A stretch of DNA of 61,505 bases from an uncultured virus (IMG/VR IMGVR_UViG_3300024270_000037) (lineage: Duplodnaviria; Heunggongvirae; Uroviricota; Caudoviricetes): IMG/VR virus record IMGVR_UViG_3300024270_000037; one strand, 5' to 3'. Numbering within the stretch: position 1 is the stretch's first letter; each line of letters opens with the position of its first letter. This document shows positions 30,781-41,549 of the stretch, in pieces. The position numbers and the translations under genes were made by a program. Under the pieces are notes generated by a model. It saw only the letters and a list, made by a program, of their open reading frames with translations, was not told the DNA's origin and ran no database searches.

Positions 30781-31773
30781 TTGTATGAAATGAATCCGAT
30801 TACAAAAATTCTTTTAGAAAATTGTAAAACGTTTTCTGAAAGAAGAGAATTATTTAGTTTGACTGAAGCAGAATCTCTTTCTGTGAATAATAATATGGTC
30901 AATAAATTATTCCAGTCTGCTGTAAATAAATCTCATGTTGATTTTGGTGATATCCCTAAGTCTAAAGGTGATGTTACTAAATATTCTGGATATAAGTCTA
31001 TGGTTGAATCTTTAGAGATTCTTAGAAATTTAGCTTTAAAGAATTCTCATAAGATCCCTCAGATTGAAACTGTTGAAAAAGCACTTGATAATATTGTGAC
31101 TAATCGTAATTTATTTGAAAGAGGTTTCAAATTAAATAAAGAATATGTTATTTTACAATATAATACTTTAGTTATGTCCTGTGTTATTGCTACTAGTGCT
31201 TTAATTGTCTCTTATGTTGACTATGTTAAACGAGTTGATAAAGTTGAATTCGTGATGATTAATGCAAAGAATACTCCTGGTGAACTTTGTATTGAGAATC
31301 TTGTAAAATTCAACAAGTCTGTTTCAACTGGTGATTTTATTAAAGTTATGAACGGTGTTATTACTACCGGTTCTGAAGGTTTTACTGGTACTGGATTTGC
31401 AATTGCCAGTACTATTATTACTGGTGCAATTCTTGGTGTAACCTTTATGAGAGATATTGTATATTATGTATATTATTCTAGAGTAAAGATTGCTCAATAT
31501 TTAAGAGTTCAGGCTTTATTCTTAGAGTTGAATAAAAACAATATTAACTCTCAGGGTTATGATATGGCTGCTGATAAGAAAGAGAAAGTTCTTAAGAATC
31601 AAGCAGTTCTTATTGATGAGTTGAAGAAGTATGCTGATATGATTGATGTGTCTGATAGAATGGCTACTTCTAATATGAAAACTGATATTAAGAAAGAAAA
31701 TTCTGGTTGGAAACTTGATGATGTGAAATCACAGAATGCAAGTACCGATTCTACCGGTTTTCAATTGATTTAA
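30781..31773 (+). CDS. putative virion protein with a hydrophobic segment
   Basis: Co-oriented with the upstream gene; GSEG followed by a hydrophobic helix. Confidence 0.5.
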   Translation: MYEMNPITKILLENCKTFSERRELFSLTEAESLSVNNNMVNKLFQSAVNKSHVDFGDIPKSKGDVTKYSGYKSMVESLEILRNLALKNSHKIPQIETVEKALDNIVTNRNLFERGFKLNKEYVILQYNTLVMSCVIATSALIVSYVDYVKRVDKVEFVMINAKNTPGELCIENLVKFNKSVSTGDFIKVMNGVITTGSEGFTGTGFAIASTIITGAILGVTFMRDIVYYVYYSRVKIAQYLRVQALFLELNKNNINSQGYDMAADKKEKVLKNQAVLIDELKKYADMIDVSDRMATSNMKTDIKKENSGWKLDDVKSQNASTDSTGFQLI

Positions 31774-31873
31774 TATTTCATTTCTATAAACAAATATTTA
31801 ATAATTATAGTATTAATGTAATTTTTTTTGCACGATGTGTAAGTTAATATGATATAGAAAGGATGATATTACA

Positions 31874-32893
31874 ATGTCTATTTTCTCTACTAATAATTAT
31901 ACTGAAGAGTCTGAGATCATTGCAGCTGAAGGTTATGATATTACCTTAGGTGGTGCATGTGACCTGGCTATTGAGTCTTGTATGGATGAACTGGCTGTTA
32001 TCGAAGCAATGCACGCTTATGATATGGCCGGTTTTGAAGCCGTTAGAGAGTCTGGTGATAAGGAAATCTTTACTCCTGCTATGGAAGCTTCTATGAAGGA
32101 AGTTTGGGCTAAAATCAAGGCTTTCTTTAAGAAGTTTACTGAGCGTGTTATGGGCTTCTTTAAGAGTGCAATGGATTTTGTTAATTCCATTGTTATGTCT
32201 GGCTCTGCATTTGCTAAGAAGTATGAGGAGCGTTTAAATAAGCTGTCTCTGTCTGGTTTCACTTATGAGATGTATGAGTATAACTTTGAATCCATCTTCG
32301 CTAAGGGTATTGATGTCGTTGATGCTAAAGTTGCAGATGTTCAGAAGTTTATGGCTGATGTTGCAGGTGTTAATGTAAGTAAGGATTCTGCAGCTGCTAA
32401 TACTGAATTAGCACAGATTTCTACTAAGATTGATCAGATGAAAGCTGATTCTATGAATAATCTGCGTAAAGAGTTATCTGGTACTGCTTCTGCTGATGCA
32501 TATCGTAGCGAATTAGCTAAGAAGTTCCGTAATGGTGGCGCTAAGAAGTCTATGACTGTTACTGATCTGTCTAAGTATGTTAAGTTCCTGAAATCTTCTA
32601 ATGGTCTGGTTAAGCACATTGAAGGTTGTAAGAATAGCATGAAGACTAAGTTCAATGCTATGGAGAAAGAAATTAATAATGCTGCACGTGATGCTGAGAA
32701 GGCAGATAATGGTCAGTATGCACATATCGCTTCTAAGAAGGCTGGTCTGATGAGACAGTGTATCCAGTGGAATAGTGCTATTAACAATATCCTGACTGGT
32801 TATATTAATGAGTGGTCTTCTGCTGTTAAGGAAGCTACTGGTGTTTACAAGAACCTGTGCTTCAAGGCTATGCAGCATAAGCCCGCTAAGTAA
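31874..32893 (+). CDS. putative internal head protein, paralogue 1
   Basis: Acidic propeptide-like N-terminus, AMEAS then KEVWAKIKAFFKKF; biased codons; late motif at 31789. Confidence 0.6.
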   Translation: MSIFSTNNYTEESEIIAAEGYDITLGGACDLAIESCMDELAVIEAMHAYDMAGFEAVRESGDKEIFTPAMEASMKEVWAKIKAFFKKFTERVMGFFKSAMDFVNSIVMSGSAFAKKYEERLNKLSLSGFTYEMYEYNFESIFAKGIDVVDAKVADVQKFMADVAGVNVSKDSAAANTELAQISTKIDQMKADSMNNLRKELSGTASADAYRSELAKKFRNGGAKKSMTVTDLSKYVKFLKSSNGLVKHIEGCKNSMKTKFNAMEKEINNAARDAEKADNGQYAHIASKKAGLMRQCIQWNSAINNILTGYINEWSSAVKEATGVYKNLCFKAMQHKPAK

Positions 32894-32929
32894 TTAATAC
32901 AAAATTAAAATAGAAAGGGTTGAAATAGT

Positions 32930-33919
32930 ATGGCTATTTTTTCTAATAAGATGACTCCTGTTCCTGTTGTCGAACAGACTGAAGATACTTTTGTAGATAT
33001 GTATCCTGCTATTGAGGGTACTGTTGAGCATGGTTTTGAAATCGCAGCTGAAGGCTATAGCGATGTTCATAAGCTGGTTTCTAGCCTGTATATTACTGAT
33101 ATTCTGATTGAGAATGCAGTTATGGAAGGTGCTGAGGCCGAGCCCCTGATTGAGAGCTCTGTTAAAGAGTTTAAGGACAAGGCTGTTAAGAAGTTTAAGG
33201 AAATCGTTGAGAAGATTAAGAACTGGTTTAAGAAAGTTATTGATCGTCTTAAGGTTCGCTTCACTAGCACCAAGGACTTTGTTTCTAAGTATCGCGATGC
33301 TTTATTAACTAAAGCTCAAAATGCTAATGATTATAAGCCTGCTCGTCATGATTTTATCACTGATTTTACCAATTCTTATGGTGCTATGGTTGATAAGATG
33401 GCTGATTATGCAAAAGATCATGCAGAATCCAAAGAAGACGATTTTGTGGCTAAGATGATTGGTAATGCTTCTCCTAAGGCAAAAACTATTTCTGAGTTAA
33501 AGCAGGTTCTTGTTCATACTCATGTTGGTGAAGCTAATAAGAAGAGCAAGCTTACTGCATCTGAAGTTGAAGATATGATTAAGTATTGTGATAATAGCCG
33601 TGTCGCTATCGCTAATTTAGAGAATATTAGAGATAGAGGTATTAAGGCAATTAACGGCTTTATTGCTGCTCTTAATGGTAGCGGTAAAGAAGTCGGTGCA
33701 ATTCATGCTGCAACCGCTAAGTATAATGCTGCAGCATCTGCTATTCAGCAACTGAATACTACTTGTGTTAAGATCGTTGATGATATTATCAAGGAGTATG
33801 TTGCTGTATTACGTGGCTTAATGCTGTATAAGCCTGCTAAGGAGTCTTATACTCCTGATGAGGAATTAATGGACAATAACACTCAGTCTATGTTTGAGGC
33901 TGCTCTGAAACTGTTCTAA
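32930..33919 (+). CDS. putative internal head protein, paralogue 2
   Basis: LIESS then KKFKEIVEKIKNWFKKVID...DFVSKY; same layout as paralogue 1. Confidence 0.6.
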   Translation: MAIFSNKMTPVPVVEQTEDTFVDMYPAIEGTVEHGFEIAAEGYSDVHKLVSSLYITDILIENAVMEGAEAEPLIESSVKEFKDKAVKKFKEIVEKIKNWFKKVIDRLKVRFTSTKDFVSKYRDALLTKAQNANDYKPARHDFITDFTNSYGAMVDKMADYAKDHAESKEDDFVAKMIGNASPKAKTISELKQVLVHTHVGEANKKSKLTASEVEDMIKYCDNSRVAIANLENIRDRGIKAINGFIAALNGSGKEVGAIHAATAKYNAAASAIQQLNTTCVKIVDDIIKEYVAVLRGLMLYKPAKESYTPDEELMDNNTQSMFEAALKLF

Positions 33920-33926
33920 TTATTAT

Positions 33927-33964
33927 GAACCAGTATGTACATTAGTACATACTGGTTCTTTTTT
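33927..33964 (+). terminator. intrinsic terminator
   Basis: GAACCAGTATGTAC/GTACATACTGGTTC plus T-tract. Confidence 0.85.
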
Positions 33965-34013
33965 ATTTCATTCATAAGTACATTATTTTAATAGAATTTT
34001 GTAGAAAGGGTGA

Positions 34014-35087
34014 ATGTTAATAATGAGTATTTTTAATAATAAAAATGTCACTGTTAATAAAGGTCCTTACTTAGATACTTTTATTAATATGGAATCATTT
34101 GATTATAAATTATTACATGATTTAGAATATGATAGTTTTAAAATATCATTAGAATTTAATCAAACGGTTTATAATGGATTAAAATCCAATGATATAGAAA
34201 TTGTCAATGAGGGATTTACTGATTTCTTTAAGAAGGCTGCTAAATTCTTTAAAGATTTAGCATTGAAAATTGTTGAATTTAGTAAGAAATATATTAAATT
34301 CTTCATTTCATATATGCAAGATTTTAATAGATTCTTAGAAAAGAATAAAGATTTCTTAAAGTCTTTAAATCCTAATTTTACATATACTGGATATGAATTT
34401 AAATTTCCTGAAGCCCCCAATATTACTAAAGCATATGACATAATCGACTCTTATAATATTGAAATCAATAAAATTGATACTATGAAATATGCGGATATTA
34501 GTAAAATGAGAGAAGAGTTTGCTAATGAAACTTATAAAAATAAAATTAGGGCATCAGTATTAGGTTCTGGTGAAATTGAAGTTTCCCAAGATACATTCAA
34601 AGAAAAATCTAAAAATCTTTTTAGAGATTCTAATAGTGAAATTAAAATTACTGTTAATAATCAGTATATTAATAAAATTATTGATGAATATGGTAAAATG
34701 AAAAAATTGTTAGATGATACTGAAAAGAATAAGGTTAAGATTATTAAATTATTACATGATTTAGAATTTTTCTTTGATAGAAAAGCATCTGTTGTGTATG
34801 ATAAAGAAGAAAAACGAATCTCCACATCTACCATTAACAGAGAAGACGATAAGTTTAAACGTAATGATAGTATCAATACTCAATATGATGAAAATAAATT
34901 AACTACATTAAATTCTTATTTTGATTTAAAATATAGAGAATCAAAATTTATTAGTAGTTGTTTGATTACTGTATATATGGATAAGATTGAAGCCATAAAG
35001 GATTGTATGAAGCAGTATAAAGATATTACTAGACAAGCTCTGGTTAATAAGACTGATAAGTCAGAAGCTAAGAGTGAGGTGAAATAA
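34014..35087 (+). CDS. putative internal head protein, paralogue 3
   Basis: IVNEG then FFKKAAKFFKDLALKI...RFLEKNK...FTYTGYEF (compare FTYEMYEY in paralogue 1). Confidence 0.55.
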   Translation: MLIMSIFNNKNVTVNKGPYLDTFINMESFDYKLLHDLEYDSFKISLEFNQTVYNGLKSNDIEIVNEGFTDFFKKAAKFFKDLALKIVEFSKKYIKFFISYMQDFNRFLEKNKDFLKSLNPNFTYTGYEFKFPEAPNITKAYDIIDSYNIEINKIDTMKYADISKMREEFANETYKNKIRASVLGSGEIEVSQDTFKEKSKNLFRDSNSEIKITVNNQYINKIIDEYGKMKKLLDDTEKNKVKIIKLLHDLEFFFDRKASVVYDKEEKRISTSTINREDDKFKRNDSINTQYDENKLTTLNSYFDLKYRESKFISSCLITVYMDKIEAIKDCMKQYKDITRQALVNKTDKSEAKSEVK

Positions 35088-35088
35088 T

Positions 35089-36228
35089 ATGACATATATA
35101 TTGGAAGCTATGAGTGGTATTTTATTATCCGATGAATTATTTTACGAGGAGATACTCGAACAAGTTAATGTTGAACGAGATTTTATGTTATCATGTTTTG
35201 AGAATAACATTATTCTTGAAGCTGAAGCACCTTCTTCTGAGAATAAAGGTAATTGGATTAGAAAAATTATAGATACCATTAAGAGTATTTTTAATAAATT
35301 TTTAGAAAATGTAACTAATTTATTTAGGAATGATGAGAAATGGATTTCTCAAAATATTCCTAAATTAAAAGATTTAAATTTTAATGATTTAAAGGTTACA
35401 GTATTACCGTATTGGAATTTAGATACAAAAGATATAACTGGAGCGTTATCTGAACTCCAGAGAGAAATTAATAATATGAAATATGGTGATGCTAGATTAA
35501 AAAATTTACAAGATAGAGCAGATGTTGAACAGTTTGGTGCTTTTAAAAAATATACTCCTAAGAATGGTTCATTTACTGATGGAATTAAAGCATTCTTTAA
35601 AACTGGTGAAAAGAATGAACCTAAACCTGTTACATTAGTTGGTGATCAGTTAAAAATTGTATGTGTTAATCAGATGAGTAGATATGTTAATGAATTTAAT
35701 AGTACATTATTACCTTCATTAAAAAGTAGCTACAATAACTATACTAGATTATTATCTAATGTTGAAAAAGAACTTAGTAGAAGTAATAATTTAAAAGAAT
35801 CTTTCTGTATTATTGAAAATTCTTTTTATGTTGATACTGAGTTGTCTCTTTGTAGCAATTTCAATAAAGTATTTGAAGCAACCGTTTCTAATGAGAAAAA
35901 CAGAAATGGAAAAGCTATTATTGATTTGGATAATAATGAGCATGAAAATGTGACAAATAAAAATACTAACCAGAATCAGAATAATCAAAAAGATGATACT
36001 CCTTTAAATAAAGTTGAAGATACTTCTAAAGATAATAATTCTAATCAAAACGATAATACTAAACCCACAAACAATAATGGTAATATTCAATATTATACTT
36101 ATTTAAAGCATGTTATTCAGTTAAATCAAATTGCTATTGCGGCAGCTATTACTGCTTGTGAAGAAAGATATAGATCCTATATGTCTATTCTTAGAGGTGT
36201 TGTATCTGCTAGAGGTGGTAATAAATAA
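35089..36228 (+). CDS. putative internal head protein, paralogue 4
   Basis: ILEAEA then NWIRKIIDTIKSIFNKFLE; C-terminal YMSILRG similar to YVAVLRG of paralogue 2. Confidence 0.55.
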   Translation: MTYILEAMSGILLSDELFYEEILEQVNVERDFMLSCFENNIILEAEAPSSENKGNWIRKIIDTIKSIFNKFLENVTNLFRNDEKWISQNIPKLKDLNFNDLKVTVLPYWNLDTKDITGALSELQREINNMKYGDARLKNLQDRADVEQFGAFKKYTPKNGSFTDGIKAFFKTGEKNEPKPVTLVGDQLKIVCVNQMSRYVNEFNSTLLPSLKSSYNNYTRLLSNVEKELSRSNNLKESFCIIENSFYVDTELSLCSNFNKVFEATVSNEKNRNGKAIIDLDNNEHENVTNKNTNQNQNNQKDDTPLNKVEDTSKDNNSNQNDNTKPTNNNGNIQYYTYLKHVIQLNQIAIAAAITACEERYRSYMSILRGVVSARGGNK

Positions 36229-36237
36229 TAAAAAATA

Positions 36238-36275
36238 ATATGGGTATATAGGAATTTCCTATATACCCATATTTA
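36238..36275. terminator. terminator between convergent genes
   Basis: ATATGGGTATATAGGAA/TTCCTATATACCCATAT. Confidence 0.8.
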
Positions 36276-36276
36276 T

Positions 36277-37503
36277 TTAAGTAGTTTTCTTAAATTGCAC
36301 ATTACCACTTATAGCAAAATATTCACCTTGTTTTGTGAATGTAAATAATGAATAACTTAATCTATATTTACCATTATGCTTTATATTTATTTCTTTTTCT
36401 TCAAAATTCATTATATATTTCTTATTAGGTTCAAAACATTCAATATCAACATCTGTTAAAGCAATATTAATAATATTATCATTCTCATACTTTCTATTAG
36501 TTAACATATCAGCTAAATATTTATTATTATAATTATTTAATATATATCCAGAATTATTATTTCTAGTTTGAATATTTGGATGAATTTCTGTTTTAGTATT
36601 AGCCTTTGTATCAATTATATTTATATTCGTACCATACACTTGGTCAGCTATAACAGATTCTGTTACCATTTCAATACTATCTCGTGTAACATATAATGTA
36701 TATGTTTTTGTTTTATTATCTTTAAAGTTACCTGGTGTTTTAGCATTTGCTGATATGGACTTAAATACAGTAACAATTACTTCTTTATATTCACCACTTC
36801 GATAAGCATTACATTCTGCACATTTATTAATAAAATAAGTTGTATTAAAATCATAAAAAAATAAAGCCCCATGCTTATAAAAACCAAAATATTTTTCTAA
36901 ATAAGATATGGACTTTATTACTGATAAAGGTGGTAGTATAATATCTCTATATACTTCTCGATTATCTAATGGCGTCATCAATAAGTTAGTTGTACCAGAT
37001 TTCGATAATAAATATACTATACAGTTACTCATATTAGATTCAGATACAACTCTATTAATAATTTTTCTAGAGGAGGTTATATCATTATCTTTAAATAAAT
37101 AAAAATCAAAAACTCCTCTATTTTCAACAGTACCTAATATATTTGTAGTTTGATTATATAATTCTTTATCAAAGAATGCTGAGTTAACATCTGTGAATAT
37201 AGAAAATGTACTATCAAAAACTACTTCAGTATAATAATCTACTGATATTTCATCATAAGTTGCTTTCTCTAATCTAACTTTAAATTTTACTGTAGTTTTG
37301 TTTTCAATAATTGTAAAATATTCCGAATATGGAAGACTTAATTTTAAATTAAATATAGGAAAATAATCATTATCATAATCTTTTTCAATAACCATTCCTA
37401 AGATATTATCATTATGTAAAACTATAGGATTCATACCAGGTATTAGAATACTACAATTTGTTATTTTATATAAATAAAAATTAGATCTAGTTTCTGCAGG
37501 CAT
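36277..37503 (-). CDS. putative baseplate hub/tail structural protein
   Basis: Beta-rich 408-aa ORF with IEKDYDNDYFP and C-terminal GKYRL; late-like CACA-N6-TA upstream. Confidence 0.45.
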   Translation of the reverse strand: MPAETRSNFYLYKITNCSILIPGMNPIVLHNDNILGMVIEKDYDNDYFPIFNLKLSLPYSEYFTIIENKTTVKFKVRLEKATYDEISVDYYTEVVFDSTFSIFTDVNSAFFDKELYNQTTNILGTVENRGVFDFYLFKDNDITSSRKIINRVVSESNMSNCIVYLLSKSGTTNLLMTPLDNREVYRDIILPPLSVIKSISYLEKYFGFYKHGALFFYDFNTTYFINKCAECNAYRSGEYKEVIVTVFKSISANAKTPGNFKDNKTKTYTLYVTRDSIEMVTESVIADQVYGTNINIIDTKANTKTEIHPNIQTRNNNSGYILNNYNNKYLADMLTNRKYENDNIINIALTDVDIECFEPNKKYIMNFEEKEINIKHNGKYRLSYSLFTFTKQGEYFAISGNVQFKKTT

Positions 37504-37620
37504 AAATTCACGTCCTTATAAACAGTTTCTTATACATATGTGAAGTGAATTTTAATAAAAAATCTTAATGAATATTTTATTAATACACATTATAATAAAT
37601 AATATAGGAGGTGTGTAATA

Positions 37621-38346
37621 TTGAATATATCACAGTTACTTACTTCTATCAAAATGGATTTAGGTATTTATGGTTTACGTTTACCTTTTGATGATCCGGA
37701 TAAAGCTATGATGGAAGTAATTCAATTAAAAACATTAAAAACATTTAGTACATTTTTACCTCAAGTTAAAACATTATCTGTTGATTTAGCTAAAGAATTA
37801 GAATGTATTAAAGAGGAATATACAGAATCTATTTATATTATTCCTGACTTATTTGCAGGAAGAGAGATTATGTATATTAGAAATATTACACTGAAAAGTA
37901 AATTATTAGGAAATGGTTTTATTAGTCCCACATTTGATGGTTGTATTGAAACTTATAATATGTTAATGCAGACTCAAGCCAATGCTAACTTAGCTTCTAT
38001 AGCAGCTCCTGCAATTACATTTAAATTTGAAGCTCCTAATAAGTTATATCTTTATAATGTAGCAACTGCCTATGGTGTAATCGATATTGATTTTGCTATA
38101 GAACATGCTGAAAATCTTTCCACTATTCCTATTACTGCTTGGGAATCTTTTTATGAATTAGCTTTATTAGATATTAAGAGATTCTTATACAATGCTATGA
38201 AACATTATAATGAATTACAAACTGCATATGGTACTGTTAATTTAAGAATCGATGACTGGTCTAATGCTGAAAGTGATCGTAAGGATTTAATTGAAAAGAT
38301 GAGAGATACTTATCATCTTGAAGTTGAACAATTCTTTATTATTTAA
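37621..38346 (+). CDS. putative neck/head-completion structural protein
   Basis: N-terminal IKMDLG loosely like neck proteins; AGGAGG RBS; late-like motif. Confidence 0.4.
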   Translation: MNISQLLTSIKMDLGIYGLRLPFDDPDKAMMEVIQLKTLKTFSTFLPQVKTLSVDLAKELECIKEEYTESIYIIPDLFAGREIMYIRNITLKSKLLGNGFISPTFDGCIETYNMLMQTQANANLASIAAPAITFKFEAPNKLYLYNVATAYGVIDIDFAIEHAENLSTIPITAWESFYELALLDIKRFLYNAMKHYNELQTAYGTVNLRIDDWSNAESDRKDLIEKMRDTYHLEVEQFFII

Positions 38347-38360
38347 AAGGAGATAATATT

Positions 38361-38801
38361 ATGATTGAAAAGATGAGATTATTATTTGCTGTATTATTAG
38401 CATATAGACATAATTTACATATGTTACATTGGAAAGTTGTTGGTAAGTCTTTTGATAAGGCACATACTATTTTAGATGATTATGTGTCTCAGTTTAATAC
38501 ATTTATTGATGAAATTGCTGAAATTTTATTATCTATGGGAAATAATCCTTTAACTCTTCAGGAAGCTATTTCTTTATTAGATGGTTTAGATAGTCATATC
38601 TTGATGATTGAATCCCATGAAGATTATGAATGTAAGGAAGTATTTAAAGCAGTAGATATCATGTTTACTGATTTATATACTATGTATACTGAAATTTCTA
38701 AAGAATGTGAACATAGTGAATGTGTAAGTAAATTTGATGAGCATAAATATTGGCTTCGTATTGAAGGTATGTATAAAAATAAAAAACGCTTAACTGATTA
38801 A
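38361..38801 (+). CDS. dps: Dps/ferritin-like protein
   Basis: HMLHWKVVGKSFDKAHTILDD...IDEIAE ferroxidase signature; C-terminal EHKYWL. Confidence 0.8.
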   Translation: MIEKMRLLFAVLLAYRHNLHMLHWKVVGKSFDKAHTILDDYVSQFNTFIDEIAEILLSMGNNPLTLQEAISLLDGLDSHILMIESHEDYECKEVFKAVDIMFTDLYTMYTEISKECEHSECVSKFDEHKYWLRIEGMYKNKKRLTD

Positions 38802-38808
38802 TTAAAAA

Positions 38809-38840
38809 GGTCTATACAGGAATATCCTGTATAGACCATA
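38809..38840. terminator. terminator between convergent genes
   Basis: GGTCTATACAGGA/TCCTGTATAGACC. Confidence 0.75.
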
Positions 38841-38842
38841 TA

Positions 38843-38968
38843 TTATTTATTTAAGGATTCTAAATATTCTTCTAAATCTTTTTCGCATTCATTATGAGTA
38901 TCGCCGGAACATATAAATTCACCATCTATATATGCTTCATAATGACCATTAACATTTATGATTGGCAT
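38843..38968 (-). CDS. small hypothetical protein (41 aa)
   Basis: MPIINVNGHYEAYIDGEFICSGDTHNECEKDLEEYLESLNK; fills the gap up to the terminator. Confidence 0.5.
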   Translation of the reverse strand: MPIINVNGHYEAYIDGEFICSGDTHNECEKDLEEYLESLNK

Positions 38969-39179
38969 ATGCTTCAGCAACCTCTTTCTTTACAAATTTA
39001 CCAGTTTTTCTATTAATCCATCTACCTGATTTATTCTTAACAAATAAAGGTAAGTCTTCTTCCTTTACTGATAAATCTTCTACTATTACTTTATTTTCAT
39101 TTTTCTTTTTCGTACATACTTGTCTATGAGATAATTTACATAAAAATCTTTTTACTTTATTACATTTATATGTATTCAT
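38949..39179 (-). CDS. small basic hypothetical protein
   Basis: GAAGGTG RBS; directly after beta' exon 2. Confidence 0.5.
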   Translation of the reverse strand: MNTYKCNKVKRFLCKLSHRQVCTKKKNENKVIVEDLSVKEEDLPLFVKNKSGRWINRKTGKFVKKEVAEAYANHKC

Positions 39180-39196
39180 ATCATAAACACCTTCTT

Positions 39197-39373
39197 TTAA
39201 TCATTTTCAAATTTAGTCAACATGAATAAAGTCTGGATGCCTTCGTTACTGGTAACTCTCATATTCTCACCCTGAATATTCAAAATGAATGATTTATCCA
39301 TCATTAATCTTCTTGCTTCTTCATTAGCTTCCTGTGTAAACAGACCTCTGATTGAGATCTGATCTCCATCGTA
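39197..39373 (-). CDS. RNA polymerase beta'-like subunit, exon 2 (58 aa)
   Basis: YDGDQISIRGLFTQEANEEARRLM...EGIQTLFMLTK; completes the catalytic GGD|YDGDQ motif. Confidence 0.9.
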   Translation of the reverse strand, partial: YDGDQISIRGLFTQEANEEARRLMMDKSFILNIQGENMRVTSNEGIQTLFMLTKFEND

Positions 39374-39704
39374 CTTTTTATATCAAATATTTTCATATTT
39401 AAATCGGACTATATCTTCACCTTAAAAACTAATAAGGGCTATGCACTTCCAGATTAACCCGCAAATTAATCCGTACTCTACTTTAGTTAATACTATTTCG
39501 ATAGTCTCTACATCTTCTTCTAATATAGAAGCTTGACACGGTATCACCAGCTATCCATTTCTGGACCTTCAGGTTCTCTTAGAGAGCTTATTTATATATT
39601 TCACTCTTACCGTTAGCAGGATAAAAAATATCCCACACCGATTGTTAGTCGTTCACATAGTTTTTATATTGATATCACTATCAATAGGAGACTACGATAT
39701 TTTA
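39374..39704 (-). mobile_element. group I self-splicing intron (331 nt, no homing endonuclease)
   Basis: P1 GGAGAT/GTCTCC with U-G at the splice site; core CCTGCTAACGG, GATACCGTG, GTAGAGACTA, GAAGATATAGTCC on the minus strand; terminal G at 39374. Confidence 0.9.
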
Positions 39705-41114
39705 ATCTCCGCCTAAACCTTTTAACATAAGGTTACTCATCGTAACTGTATCATGGAAGCTTGTTGAAACTGAATCTTTATTCTTAGACAAATCAATTTT
39801 AGGATAATGAGGATATACTGTACCATTAATAAATACAGGCATAGTTTCAGTTGTACTTAATACAGTAATTTGAGAAGGGAATGTACCAAAATAATCTGTT
39901 ATAGGATATCTTGTTACATATACCATCTTATCACTACAAACATCAACTGCTGCTTGATATAAAATATCACACCAGGTAACATTTCTATCTAAAGAAGAAC
40001 CTTCAGTAGGATCATCTTTGTCTATAATTCTACCAGCAAATCTCATATAAACAGGTTTTTTAGGATCTCTTCCCTTTACAGGTAATTCAATAGGAACAAA
40101 TCTATCAGTATATGAGAATATAAACTGGTCGATTTGTTTCTTTATATATTCATCATTGAAATATAATTCAGGATTATCTAATTCTACAGGAGTTAATTTA
40201 CCATTCTCAATAATCAAATATTGTTTACCAGATTTTTCAAATTCTCTTCGGAAAAATCCTTTTACCCAACTAATAATAAAAGGAGTAAATAAAGAACAAC
40301 ATTGACCAAGAGGAACACCCACATGATATAAATCTATCTCCATTTCATCCCATTTATTGGTATGGAATGTAGGTGCAGAAATAACCGCTCTAGAACCATA
40401 ATCTATTGATTTACCTAAAAGATTTTTTCTAATTAAACCTTGTTTCTTTTCTAATTTTCCTTTTAATAAATCATATATTTCAACTAAAGTATCTTGAATT
40501 TTTGCTTTTGTACTAATTAATGCAAAGTCGAAAGAATTGTTATTATTAAGTAATGATGCCATTCTAATAATTTTAGAATACTTATCATTAATTTCATGGT
40601 GAGATAATTTACCCTTTTCAATATTCTGTAAATTTACATCTCGATAGAATGCAGGAATAACAAGCCAATATTTAGTAAAAATAACATTCTTTTTATATGC
40701 ATTTAAAAGATCAATTCGTTCATTACGAATCATTGAATTATTTTTATCGAAGTTTATCTTCTCCCAATTATTATATAGAAAACGAATTCCTGTTTCTCCA
40801 GTTTCTTCATTCTCTACTAATACTCCTTTATCAATGATATATTTTTTAGTACCATGGGCAATATGTGAGAAATTTCTATTTAATCGTAATAATAATTTAT
40901 ATATGAATGGATGAATAAAATAATCTTGTAAATCTATATATGCGTAAGTAGTTTTACGATCATTTATAGATACACCAAAGATATCTGTAGATAATAAACC
41001 TGTGGGTGAGGGAATACCACCACGAACAAATAACATCGGATCAGATACCTCTTCTAATTTATTTATCTTAATAAATTCTTCAATATCAAATAAATCTACT
41101 TGCATACATTTCAC
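39705..41114 (-). CDS. phage RNA polymerase beta'-like catalytic subunit (probably virion RNAP), exon 1
   Basis: GLLSTDIFG, YIDL, VIPAFYRD, KQGLIRKNLLGKSIDYGSRAVIS, TRYP, ends GLGGD; start may be ATG 41105. Confidence 0.9.
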
Positions 41115-41463
41115 CTTCCTTTTTATTATTCTTTATACCAATTTCTATTAATAAACAACTGTGGGATTCAGTTAAATTTAAATCAAAGTATTTGTAAAAT
41201 GTATACTTATTTCGATTACTATTTATCTCACATATAATATCATTAATATAGGATATGTCGTCAGGTTCAATGACGACTCTAAGGTTATGCTTATTAGTTT
41301 TACATTGAATTCTATCAACTTTGTCTAAATTGATAGTCTCTATTAAAGAATATAAATATTTAAACTTTTCATAATGGTTTTCTAGTATTTCTGAAAATAA
41401 ATTGTAATCGGCTAACTCAGATGAAGTTAGCCGATTAAATATATTAATTAAATCTGATTTCAT
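41086..41463 (-). CDS. hypothetical protein
   Basis: AAGGTG RBS; overlaps the beta' start. Confidence 0.55.
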   Translation of the reverse strand: MKSDLINIFNRLTSSELADYNLFSEILENHYEKFKYLYSLIETINLDKVDRIQCKTNKHNLRVVIEPDDISYINDIICEINSNRNKYTFYKYFDLNLTESHSCLLIEIGIKNNKKEGEMYASRFI

Positions 41464-41549
41464 ATTTAGATCAACACCTTTCGTTATTATTTATATTAAT
41501 ATCGACAGGATTAGGTGTTTTCTAAATAATTGGAAGACTAGTTTTAAAT

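Noticed and set aside
4993..41114. Bacterial chromosome with rpoB/rpoC
   Set aside because: Subunits are truncated, highly divergent, about 30 kb apart on opposite strands and embedded among phage structural genes
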